Sequence record: SRR20825019_117
Direction: 5' to 3' (one strand)
DNA length: 64,000 bases
Positions 39,310-48,216 of this stretch are shown here, piece by piece; position 1 is the first letter of the stretch; every line of letters starts with the position of its first letter. Below the pieces are notes generated by a model, which ran no database searches, was not told the DNA's origin, and saw nothing but the letters and a program-made list of their open reading frames with translations. The position numbers and the translations under genes were made by a program.

Positions 39310-40997
39310 GATGCTTCCTCCCTTGCCTCACGGCTCGCCTGTCTTCGCAACGCTTCCGCCATGGTGGCGGCACTCAGGAAGCGCTTGTCAGGCTCCCGTT
39401 GTATGGCTTTATTAATCAGACGGACAACACCGTTGGGGAGTTCCGGGTTGAACTCGCGGACACTCCGTGGGCGCTTGTTCAGAATCTGGTAGGTCAGGTT
39501 GGCCAGGGTATCACCCTGATAGGGTGTTTCCCCGCACACCAGTTTGTACAGCGTGATTCCCAGGCTGTAGGTATCGGTGGCGCCAGTCACTTTCTGGCCC
39601 TTGAGCTGCTCAGGGGACATATACAGTGGGCTGCCCATGACACTGCCGGTGCGAGTCCGGGAGTCGTCGGAGATCTTGGCTATGCCAAAATCGGTAATCT
39701 TGATCTCACCGTTGTCCGGGTTGAAGATGATGTTACCCGGTTTGATATCGCGATGGATGATCTTCTGGCGATGCGCGTAATCGAGGGCATCCGCCACCCG
39801 GGCGACGATATCCAGCACCTTCGCCAACGGCAGTAACCGCCCCGGCTTGCCAAATTCACTAAGCGGCCTGCCCTTGGCATAATCCATGGCGATAAACGCA
39901 AGGTCGGCCTCTTCCCCGACATCATACACAGTGACAATTGCCGGATGGCTGAGGCGGCCCGCCGCCTCGGCTTCCCGAAAGAAGCGTGATTTCAGGTCCC
40001 GCAGTTCGTTGTCCTCAAACGCCTGGTAACTGAGCGTCTTGATGGCCACGGTACGGGCAATCTTGGGGTCCTTGCCGAGATAGACCACGCCCATGGCGCC
40101 CCGCCCTATCTCGCGCTCGATCTCGTAGCGGCCCAGGGTGGGCCGGCTGACACTTTGCTCAGGCATGACCAGGGTTCGGGTATTGTCAAAGCCACCGGGA
40201 GAAACAACGGTTGCCTCGGTGGTCAGGCTCCCGAGTGCCGCCAGGCGTTTTTCCACGTCCCGATACTTTCGCTTCTGCTGAAGAATCTGCTGGTAGGTGG
40301 CTGACGCGCGGTCATACTGCCGCTTGCGCTCCTGCTGAATGGCGATGTCGTATTGCAATGCCAAGGTATCTTCGGTGGGCGGGCATTCAGCCAGCACCTC
40401 CAGCGCCTCTTCGGGCTGTCCCTGTTGCAGCAGCAGACGACCAAGCCGCGTGCGGGCTACGCGGACATTCTCCGACAAGGCGACGATATCCCGCCTCGGT
40501 TGCAGCCAGAACAGCATGATGACATAGCCGACCATCAGCAGGGTCACCACTTCACCCAATGGCAGCCAGGCGCTCTGATAGAACATGAACGCTGCTTGCA
40601 GAACCACCAGTGCCCCGGCAATCAGTAACAGCACCGGCAGCGCGACCGCTCCACCCATTCTGGGAACTGCAAGTACCAGGATGAGTGTCGACACCATCAA
40701 CCCGGCACGAATCGCCAGCGCCGACCACTCTGGCTCGACGAGCCCCCGGGCCTGCAGCGCTATTGCGAAGGCGTCCGGTGTCATATCCACAACCCGAACA
40801 GCATCCCCAATACCCTCAGGGTTGCCAAGAGCGCTGAACAGCACCCGATCCAACCAGCCCAGCAGTGGCAGCGCGTCACCCACAAACACACAAGCCAACG
40901 CCAGCACAACAATGAGCAGGCGCAGACTGAACAGACGGGAACCAATAAAAGCCAGTGAATTCACAGGAATCGTTATCGTAAATGATTGATCCAGCAA
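39306..40997 (-). CDS. Membrane-anchored Hanks-type Ser/Thr protein kinase
   Basis: IGRGAMGVVY, VAIK, HRDIKPGN, DFG, YMSPE; N-terminal TM helices and TPR-like linker. Start uncertain. Confidence 0.93.
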   Translation of the reverse strand: MLDQSFTITIPVNSLAFIGSRLFSLRLLIVVLALACVFVGDALPLLGWLDRVLFSALGNPEGIGDAVRVVDMTPDAFAIALQARGLVEPEWSALAIRAGLMVSTLILVLAVPRMGGAVALPVLLLIAGALVVLQAAFMFYQSAWLPLGEVVTLLMVGYVIMLFWLQPRRDIVALSENVRVARTRLGRLLLQQGQPEEALEVLAECPPTEDTLALQYDIAIQQERKRQYDRASATYQQILQQKRKYRDVEKRLAALGSLTTEATVVSPGGFDNTRTLVMPEQSVSRPTLGRYEIEREIGRGAMGVVYLGKDPKIARTVAIKTLSYQAFEDNELRDLKSRFFREAEAAGRLSHPAIVTVYDVGEEADLAFIAMDYAKGRPLSEFGKPGRLLPLAKVLDIVARVADALDYAHRQKIIHRDIKPGNIIFNPDNGEIKITDFGIAKISDDSRTRTGSVMGSPLYMSPEQLKGQKVTGATDTYSLGITLYKLVCGETPYQGDTLANLTYQILNKRPRSVREFNPELPNGVVRLINKAIQREPDKRFLSAATMAEALRRQASREAREEAS

Positions 40998-41180
40998 GTT
41001 TAGAAAGTGAACGCCGGCAGCGATAGTTCCAGAAGAACGTTTTTTGTAAGTGTTTGTTTACCTGGGACCACGATCACGTCGCGACCATTATTAACCCAGG
41101 ATGACAAGGGTGTAAGGACGGCACAGGTTCCGGTGCAGTATAGTTTCGTCTTTGGACCTTTTCCGTCAGGAAGTACGACG

Positions 41181-42623
41181 ATGACAGTGAAGTTACTGAT
41201 CGGCCTGGTTATTCTGACCATCACAACAACCGGTTTTTACCACACATTGAAGCCCCTGCCACCGGGGATAGGTTACGAGGGCACAGTCCACCCTCTGACG
41301 AATGCCAGGCTTCTCACCGATAGGACCCTGCATTTCGGCAACGAGGAACCACGGCTGGACCAGGAAATTTTCGACGAGGCCCTCAACATGATTTCGGCGG
41401 CTCGCCGTTTTGTTCTGGTGGATATGTTCCTCTTCAACGGCACCCGCGAGGAAGGCAGCCGTCAGCGGCCATTGGCAAGGGAGTTGACTGACGCCCTGCT
41501 CAAGCAACGCAAGGCGAATCCGGATGTGCGTATTGTCGTTATTTCCGATCCCATAAACACCGTATACGGTGGTACGGTCTCGCCCTACTTCCAGCAACTA
41601 AGGCAAGCAGGCATTCCGGTAATAGAAACCAGGTTGGAGCGCCTTCGTGACAGCAACCCCACCTGGTCCGGCCTGTGGCGCTTCTGTTGTCAGTGGATGG
41701 GCAACTCCGCGACCGGGGGCTGGCTGCCGAACGCACTCGGTGAGCAGCCGGTCACCCTGCGCAGTTACCTGGCCCTCCCCAACTTCAAGGCCAACCACCG
41801 CAAGGTTCTGATCACCGACAACGCAGAGGGCTTTAACGCCCTGGTGACCTCCGCCAACCCCCACGATGGCAGTAGCCGGCACAGCAACATCGGCCTGCGA
41901 TTCGGAGGGCCAGCCGTGGCCGATTTGCTGCTCAGTGAGCGTGCCGTTCTGGCGATGTCCGGTGCAGACACCGAGGTGGTGGACGAAATGATCAGCAGCC
42001 TGCCGCAAGCCGCAGCCGGCATCGCTTCGCTCGATACCATCCAGGTCGTCACAGAATCGGCCATAAGGACAACCGCGAGAGACATCATTGGCACCGCAAA
42101 GGCAGGCGACAGGCTGGATCTGGCCATGTTCTACCTGTCGCACCGAACGTTACTGGAAGAACTGAAAGAAGCCCACGAACGCGGTGTCGAAGTGCGGATA
42201 CTGTTAGACGCCAACAACGATGCTTTTGGCATGGAAAAAAGCGGCATACCCAACCGGCAGTCGGCCATGGAGCTTAATGGCGCCGGCATTACCGTACGTT
42301 GGTGCAACACCGAAGGTGAGCAGTGCCACAGTAAATTACTGATCAGGCGCGACAGCCACGGCAACGCTCAACTGCTGCTCGGCTCGGCCAACTTCACCCG
42401 CCGCAACCTTGACGACCTGAACCTTGAAACCAGCGTACTCGTGCGCTCCAACGTGCACTCAGAGATCGTGCGCAAAGCGGCCGGCTTCTTCGAGGAGCAA
42501 TGGAACCACGGCCCGGGCGAAACACCGGTAATGAGCCTGCCTTACAATGCCTGGGCCGATGAATCCCGGATACGGTATTGGCAATACAGGCTGATGGAGG
42601 CAACGGGACTGTCCACGTTTTAA
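41181..42623 (+). CDS. Phospholipase D family protein
   Basis: ANHRKVLITD, QCHSKLLIRRD, GSANFTRRN; N-terminal anchor MTVKLLIGLVIL. Confidence 0.88.
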   Translation: MTVKLLIGLVILTITTTGFYHTLKPLPPGIGYEGTVHPLTNARLLTDRTLHFGNEEPRLDQEIFDEALNMISAARRFVLVDMFLFNGTREEGSRQRPLARELTDALLKQRKANPDVRIVVISDPINTVYGGTVSPYFQQLRQAGIPVIETRLERLRDSNPTWSGLWRFCCQWMGNSATGGWLPNALGEQPVTLRSYLALPNFKANHRKVLITDNAEGFNALVTSANPHDGSSRHSNIGLRFGGPAVADLLLSERAVLAMSGADTEVVDEMISSLPQAAAGIASLDTIQVVTESAIRTTARDIIGTAKAGDRLDLAMFYLSHRTLLEELKEAHERGVEVRILLDANNDAFGMEKSGIPNRQSAMELNGAGITVRWCNTEGEQCHSKLLIRRDSHGNAQLLLGSANFTRRNLDDLNLETSVLVRSNVHSEIVRKAAGFFEEQWNHGPGETPVMSLPYNAWADESRIRYWQYRLMEATGLSTF

Positions 42624-42766
42624 GTTTCTGTCATCATTCGGAACCTGGCCCTCCGATAACGCGTGCTACTATTAGGTCAGCTTGAATGTCGGATGTAGGA
42701 GTCGGCTACATCGCAGGCAACAACCGGAAAGACCGCTTCTTGAATGAAAAATAACAGGAGAGTGTA

Positions 42767-43168
42767 ATGCAAACCCTGAGAAACCATCTGCGGTACGTAT
42801 CGTTTGTCATGGCCATCATGATGGCTTTCGGCTCCGTTTGGGCATCGTCTGCCTCGGCGGGTATGGTTGGAACCGGTGAGCTGCTGACCGAGCAACGCAC
42901 GGATCTGGACCGCCAGTCACTGCTCAACATGCTTGAGCAGGATGAGGTTAAAGAGAAACTGGCGGAAATGGGCGTTAGTCAGGAGCAGGTTGAACAGCGC
43001 ATACAGAACCTGACGCCGGAGGAGTTGTCGTCGTTTGAGCAACAGTTGGCGGAGGCTCCCGTTGGCGAGGGCGTTGTCGGGATCATCGTTCTGTTCCTGC
43101 TGGTGTTCATCATCACCGACATGCTGTGCGCCACCAATATCTTCCCGTTCATCAACTGCATCCGGTAG
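42767..43168 (+). CDS. PA2779-like exported/membrane protein
   Basis: Signal peptide, AGMVGT, GVSQEQVEQRIQNLTPEEL, hydrophobic C-terminus ITDMLCATNIFPF. Confidence 0.8.
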   Translation: MQTLRNHLRYVSFVMAIMMAFGSVWASSASAGMVGTGELLTEQRTDLDRQSLLNMLEQDEVKEKLAEMGVSQEQVEQRIQNLTPEELSSFEQQLAEAPVGEGVVGIIVLFLLVFIITDMLCATNIFPFINCIR

Positions 43169-43180
43169 CGCAATAGCTCC

Positions 43181-44173
43181 GTGATCCGTCCTACCCAGTT
43201 GCACCTGCTGCGAGTCGTTGTCAGTCTCTTACTGGCAACGATTCTGGCGGGCTGCGCCAGCCGCCCCCAATGGCCCGATACCCCTGCCCTGAACACGGCC
43301 GGTGTTGACCAGCGGAAAGTGCTGGACCATGTTCCCTTCCACGCTCAGGAACTGTACCAGTGCGGCCCGGCGTCCCTGGCCATGATGCTCAATAGCCAGG
43401 GCCTGAACACCAACCCCACCGTACTGAAGGAGTTAGTGTATCTGCCTTCACGCCAGGGCAGCCTGAAAGTTGAAATGGTGTCCGCCGCCCGATCCCATGG
43501 CTTACTGGTCTACCCGCTGGACGGTTCGCTCAAGAGCCTGTTGGAGGAGATAGCCTCTGGCCACCCGGTGCTGGTGATGCAGAATCTGCGATTTGACTGG
43601 TGGCCACAATGGCATTTTGCCGTGGCGATTGGTTACGACGCCAGCGACCGCTCCATCATCCTTCACACCGGCACCCAGGAGCGGCACGAGCAGGCACTGG
43701 AAGTGTTCATGGCCACATGGGACCGCGCAGACAACTGGGCCACGGTCATCCTGCCGCCCGACCAACTACCTGCAACGGCGCAGCCCCTGCGCTATCTGAC
43801 ATCCGCCAACGACCTGGAAACCACTGGCAGGACCATCGCTGCCACTGAGGCCTATCGAACGGCCGAACAGGCCTGGCCAGACCAACCGGCTGCCATCATG
43901 GGGCAGGGAAACATTGCCTGGCAACAGGGCCAGGTGGACCTGGCCGCGCAACATTTCCTGAGACTGACGGCCAAATTCCCGAACCTGGCCGCAGGCTGGA
44001 ACAACCTGGCCCACGCACTGGCCACCCAAGGCTGTGCCACGGCATCAAGGACCGCAGCGAGCTGTGCCAGCGCCATCGCTCCAGAGCGTTTCGACGGCAA
44101 CGTCAAGAACAACAGCGATGGCCCCCGTCCCGTCGAGTGCCCTGTACTGGACTGCCCTACCCCGATTCACTGA
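43181..44173 (+). CDS. PA2778-like C39-type cysteine peptidase lipoprotein with TPR
   Basis: Lipobox LAGC, VPFHAQELYQCGPASL, WHFAVAIGYD, TPR (GWNNLAHAL). Confidence 0.85.
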   Translation: MIRPTQLHLLRVVVSLLLATILAGCASRPQWPDTPALNTAGVDQRKVLDHVPFHAQELYQCGPASLAMMLNSQGLNTNPTVLKELVYLPSRQGSLKVEMVSAARSHGLLVYPLDGSLKSLLEEIASGHPVLVMQNLRFDWWPQWHFAVAIGYDASDRSIILHTGTQERHEQALEVFMATWDRADNWATVILPPDQLPATAQPLRYLTSANDLETTGRTIAATEAYRTAEQAWPDQPAAIMGQGNIAWQQGQVDLAAQHFLRLTAKFPNLAAGWNNLAHALATQGCATASRTAASCASAIAPERFDGNVKNNSDGPRPVECPVLDCPTPIH

Positions 44174-44850
44174 ATCTTCTGGAACAGCGCGACGTCCTTG
44201 GCCGGAACCTCCAGGCGCCACCCATACCTCCGGGCCAACCAGGCCATGGTGAACTCCCGATAAAACACAACATGGGTTGGGTCCCGCCGGTAATGCCAGT
44301 TGGCAAATCGTCGGTCGTCTGTCTGGAAGCAGGTCATCACACCCAACCAGCCACCCGGTTTCAGCAGCCTGTCCAGCCGACGGAACGTATCCGCCGGGCG
44401 ATGAAGGTGTTCCACCACCTCCGTGCAGGATACAAAATCATACTGGTGTTCCAGAACAGACGTTTGCGGATGAAAGAAGGGATCATAGAGCGCCATGTCC
44501 ATGCCCGCTTCCCGCAGCATCCCGGCCAGCGCCGGGCCAGGGCCACAGCCAAAATCCAGGCCGCGTACACCCGCTTCCAGTCGTTCGAGTAACGGGCTGG
44601 TCATCTTCGAAAGAAAGCGGCGATAGCCCTCATCTTCCGGATGATTGTCGTGAAGGTTGTAGATCTCCCTTTCCCGGCGCTCGTCCAGCCAGCAAGACGA
44701 GTCCATGACCGTGGCCTCACAGGTTTCACAACGATAATACGGTATGTCTTTGATGGTCTGGAACGGCGCCAGTGAGCGTGTTTCACACACCGGACAGGGC
44801 ACTTTCAATGGGAGATCTCCTGCAAAATCTAACGAATGTTTCATTGTCAT
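44167..44850 (-). CDS. Class I SAM-dependent methyltransferase with N-terminal Zn ribbon
   Basis: CPVC...CETC, LDFGCGPG, TEVVEH, WHYRRDPTH. Start uncertain. Confidence 0.88.
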   Translation of the reverse strand: MTMKHSLDFAGDLPLKVPCPVCETRSLAPFQTIKDIPYYRCETCEATVMDSSCWLDERREREIYNLHDNHPEDEGYRRFLSKMTSPLLERLEAGVRGLDFGCGPGPALAGMLREAGMDMALYDPFFHPQTSVLEHQYDFVSCTEVVEHLHRPADTFRRLDRLLKPGGWLGVMTCFQTDDRRFANWHYRRDPTHVVFYREFTMAWLARRYGWRLEVPAKDVALFQKIQ

Positions 44851-44981
44851 TTCCGGCCATCACACCAGAACCGTGACCGGTGAGCAAAATCGACCCGAGC
44901 AACCCTGCCTATACTGGGCTAAGACAGAGTAAACAACTGTGCGCTGAACGCGACAGTTCCAGTTCAATAAGGCTACCTCTC

Positions 44982-46016
44982 ATGGAACGAACGGTGGAAA
45001 CGTCCAGCCCGATGGCGCTCGAAGTGCCGCTGATCTCGGCACGCTACGCCCGACAGTTTATTCGGTTTATGGAGCGCAAGGGCGTTCGGCGCCACGCCAT
45101 CCTTGGAGATACCGACATTTCCAGCGACATGCTGGACGATCCCGATGCGAGTCTTTCCATGGGGCAGGTCCGGCAACTGCTAGGCAAGGCGGAGTGGCTG
45201 ATGGGCGACGAGAGGGCGGCCTTCCAGTTCGGCCAGCAACTGGACCTCCCGGCCCACGGATTACTTGGCTTCGCCGTGCTCGGCCAGGAAAACCCCCGGC
45301 GACTGATCAGCATGATTGTACAGTACTTGCGCGTGGGCCTGCCGCTGATGGACATGGACCTCAGTTCAACCGGATCCACTTTCAGGATACAACTGATCGA
45401 CAATTGGGGCCTTGGCGACTTACGCCCCTGCCTCACCAAAATCTATATGGGCAGCATCCATCGAATTTCATCCCAGGTGTGCAATCACTTCTGTTTTGAG
45501 TTCGATTTCGACTCGTCCCTGGAACCCGAGCAGTGGCGCAGCATTGCTGCCGACTGCGAATTTCGCTTCAACGCTCCGGCGAGCCAGGTCACCATGCCTT
45601 TGTCCGGCCGACCTGTTCGCAACGACGATACCGGCCTGGAATTCATCTTGGCCAACGCCCGCTCACGAGAGCGGGAACCATCAGAACAGGCCGATGAAAC
45701 CGTCATGCAGGTGCGGGAGATGATCATGAGCCAACCGGGCCGCCCCTGCACCATGGACAATCTTGCACGTCGGCTCGACATGAGTCCCCGCACCCTGCGA
45801 CAGCACCTGTCGACCGCAGGCACCTCATTCAGAGTGCTCAGAAACGAGATACGTCAGAACTTTGCCACTCTGTACCTCACCGATACAGTCATCCCACTCG
45901 ATTCCATTGCTGAGAAGCTGGGGTTCAGCGACCAGGCCGGTTTTACCAAAGCCTACCGCTCCTGGACGGGCCAGACGCCCGGTGATGTCCGCCGGCAGGC
46001 CCGCGACCGTAAATAG
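44982..46016 (+). CDS. AraC-family transcriptional regulator (OruR-like N-terminal domain)
   Basis: HGLLGFA, LDMSPRTLRQHL, IAEKLGFSDQAGFTKAYRSWTGQTP. Confidence 0.92.
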   Translation: MERTVETSSPMALEVPLISARYARQFIRFMERKGVRRHAILGDTDISSDMLDDPDASLSMGQVRQLLGKAEWLMGDERAAFQFGQQLDLPAHGLLGFAVLGQENPRRLISMIVQYLRVGLPLMDMDLSSTGSTFRIQLIDNWGLGDLRPCLTKIYMGSIHRISSQVCNHFCFEFDFDSSLEPEQWRSIAADCEFRFNAPASQVTMPLSGRPVRNDDTGLEFILANARSREREPSEQADETVMQVREMIMSQPGRPCTMDNLARRLDMSPRTLRQHLSTAGTSFRVLRNEIRQNFATLYLTDTVIPLDSIAEKLGFSDQAGFTKAYRSWTGQTPGDVRRQARDRK

Positions 46017-46180
46017 CTCTCATCCTCAAAGTGCTCTCGCTCCTGATAGCCCGCACTGAATGATTTTCGGGATTTGAAGGGCGTCACGAAATTGGAATTT
46101 CCCCGGCTCTCTCTCCGCTTTGAACAAAAACCTTGCCGGCCTTAGCAATGACCCGAACCGCTCGGCGACGGCCTAATGGC

Positions 46181-46210
46181 ACTGCGTGGAGATAGTAACC
46201 TCCGCGCAGT
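46181..46210 (+). other. 5'-UTR stem-loop
   Basis: ACTGCGTGGAG-N8-CTCCGCGCAGT (11-bp stem, one G-U). Confidence 0.55.
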
Positions 46211-46305
46211 CATAAAGGGACACATTGCAAGACCGATACAGCAGTCCTCATCGGTGATTTCTGCATACCCACACAACAAAGATTGAAACCCTAGAGGACG
46301 AACTC

Positions 46306-48117
46306 ATGAAACTCAGGAATCCCAACAAAAGCGTCCGCACGCTCGGTACTGCGATAGCAGCCGCGGCGCTTATGACCGGTGGTGGCAATGCCTTGGCCGA
46401 ACCGGTGTCACTGGAACTGGAATTCACCTGCCCGTTCCCGTTGATTGGCGAACAGCCCATTCGAGCGCAAATCAGTGCCGATGTACCCACCCAGGCAACC
46501 GTGGGGCAACCCACACCAGAGTTCACGGTGGATGCCCTGACAACGGTGAATGAAGATTCCAGGCTGGGCCTCAAGCTGGTGGGTTCCGCCACCATTGAAG
46601 GCACCGCCACCAATGAAACCATTGTTGTCACGCCGAGCCGTGAGATTGACCTGACGGTACCGCTGACCATTCCCCAGTCGCCCATTCCCGATGAAACCGG
46701 CGAATTTACCGTTCCGGCTCAGGGCACTTCCCCGGCCATCACCTTCACCGAGGATGATGTTGGCGAGGCGGTCATCAGCATCGGTGGCCTTACACTCGAC
46801 ATGATCGCCCGTGTTGAGAACGGCGATATTGCGCCTGCGCCCATCGGTGAATTTACCTCCGAGTGTGTTCAGAACGCCGGCCAGGACAACATTCTGCAGA
46901 CCGTGCAGGTGGTTCCCGACGAGCAGTTTGAACCCCGTATCGCGGTCAGCCCGGAAAACATCGACTTCGGCAACGTGCAGGCCGGCACCACCGCGGAAGA
47001 GGTGGTTACCATTTCCAATACCGGCCAGGCAGAACTTGGTATCAACAACATCAGCCTTGGTGGTGCGGACGCAGCAGCGTTCACCCAGACCAACAGCTGT
47101 ACCACTGTTGCTGCCGGCGAAAGCTGCGACGTCAACGTCACCTACATCCCCGATGGCGAAGGTGACCAGAGCGCTACTCTGAGCATTGAATCCGGCGACG
47201 CCGAGAACCCTGTGGTGGACGTACCGCTGACAGGCACCAGCGTGCTCGCGCCCGTTCCGGAAATCAGCGTTACGCCTGCTGACGTCAGCTTTGGCTCGGT
47301 GATGCTCGGTGAAACTGCCACCGCACAGGTCACCATTGCCAACGAAGGCAACGCATCGCTGATGATCAACGCCATTGAGATCGCCGGTACCAACAGCAGC
47401 GATTTCACCCAGACCAACGACTGCACAACCGTGGCACAGGATGGCAGCTGTACCGTTGAAATCAGCTTCATGCCGTCTGCCGCCGGTGGACGCAGCGCGA
47501 CGCTCAACATTGCCTCTGACGACCCTGAAACCCCGGACGTCTCCGTGGCCCTGAGTGGTCAGGGTAACGATGGCAGCGACGATGTGCTCGAGGTGCTTCT
47601 GGATCTGGAAGGACAGACCGACATCAACGCTTCCGGAAGCTCTCTGCCTCTCTCAGGCAGCATTGCAACGCAACTGGAGCTGGCAACCGGTATGTTCGAA
47701 GCAGATCTTGCGCTTGACCCCACCCAGGGACAGTTCAAGATCCCGCTGCTGTTCAAGAGCTTGACTGCCAACGCGAAAGTGACGTTCGAACAGGCTGACA
47801 TGACTACGGGCACGCTGATAGACGGCAACCTGACGGCCAACTCCTCGCTGTATGTGGAAGTACCGAAGGTAACCGTACGCCTGTTCGGCCTGAAGATTCC
47901 GGTAGGTGGTGGCCAGGATTGCCGCACGGCGGATCCGGTCAACATCGAGCTGGCTTCGGTGGAAGGCACCAACTTCTCGCTGTCCGAAGGCGGCGATGTG
48001 ACTGGCAACTACACACTGCCTCCCCTGCAGAACTGCGGGCCGCTGACCGACGTTCTCAACCAGTTCCTCGCCGGTCCGGACAATGGCATTGATCTGACAT
48101 TGACCCCGAACCTCTGA
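46306..48117 (+). CDS. Secreted acidic multidomain protein with two choice-of-anchor D (ASPM-SPD-2-Hydin-like) Ig repeats
   Basis: Signal peptide ending ALA; two ~103-aa repeats IxVxPxxxxFGxV...ISN.G...FTQTNxCTTV..SC...LxG; Cys-paired N- and C-terminal beta-rich domains. Confidence 0.85.
   Translation: MKLRNPNKSVRTLGTAIAAAALMTGGGNALAEPVSLELEFTCPFPLIGEQPIRAQISADVPTQATVGQPTPEFTVDALTTVNEDSRLGLKLVGSATIEGTATNETIVVTPSREIDLTVPLTIPQSPIPDETGEFTVPAQGTSPAITFTEDDVGEAVISIGGLTLDMIARVENGDIAPAPIGEFTSECVQNAGQDNILQTVQVVPDEQFEPRIAVSPENIDFGNVQAGTTAEEVVTISNTGQAELGINNISLGGADAAAFTQTNSCTTVAAGESCDVNVTYIPDGEGDQSATLSIESGDAENPVVDVPLTGTSVLAPVPEISVTPADVSFGSVMLGETATAQVTIANEGNASLMINAIEIAGTNSSDFTQTNDCTTVAQDGSCTVEISFMPSAAGGRSATLNIASDDPETPDVSVALSGQGNDGSDDVLEVLLDLEGQTDINASGSSLPLSGSIATQLELATGMFEADLALDPTQGQFKIPLLFKSLTANAKVTFEQADMTTGTLIDGNLTANSSLYVEVPKVTVRLFGLKIPVGGGQDCRTADPVNIELASVEGTNFSLSEGGDVTGNYTLPPLQNCGPLTDVLNQFLAGPDNGIDLTLTPNL
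46933..47565 (+). repeat. Tandem duplication encoding two Ig-like domains (46933-47240 and 47257-47565)
   Basis: Protein-level repeat with shared nucleotide block TTCACCCAGACCAAC. Confidence 0.85.
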
Positions 48118-48126
48118 GGGAAGTAA

Positions 48127-48186
48127 GGGAGGCCCCCAGAGGCCTCCCGGTTTGCCGGTAGCCGCACTTTCGGGTGCTGGCAAACC
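48127..48186 (+). other. Two adjacent intergenic stem-loops
   Basis: GGGAGGCC-N6-GGCCTCCC and GGTTTGCC...GCAC-TTTCGG-GTGC...GGCAAACC; no U tract. Confidence 0.6.
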
Positions 48187-48216
48187 ACCATAACAACACC
48201 AGGAAGGATGATAACA

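Noticed and set aside
38198-40997. Type VI secretion locus (ppkA/pppA/fha)
   Set aside because: No tss, hcp or vgrG genes in the window, and the FHA protein is a small stand-alone domain.
48149-48186. GGCAAACC-containing hairpin as a c-di-GMP-I riboswitch
   Set aside because: GGCAAACC is the 3' arm of a simple stem here; the GNRA-capped P2 and downstream P3 architecture are absent.
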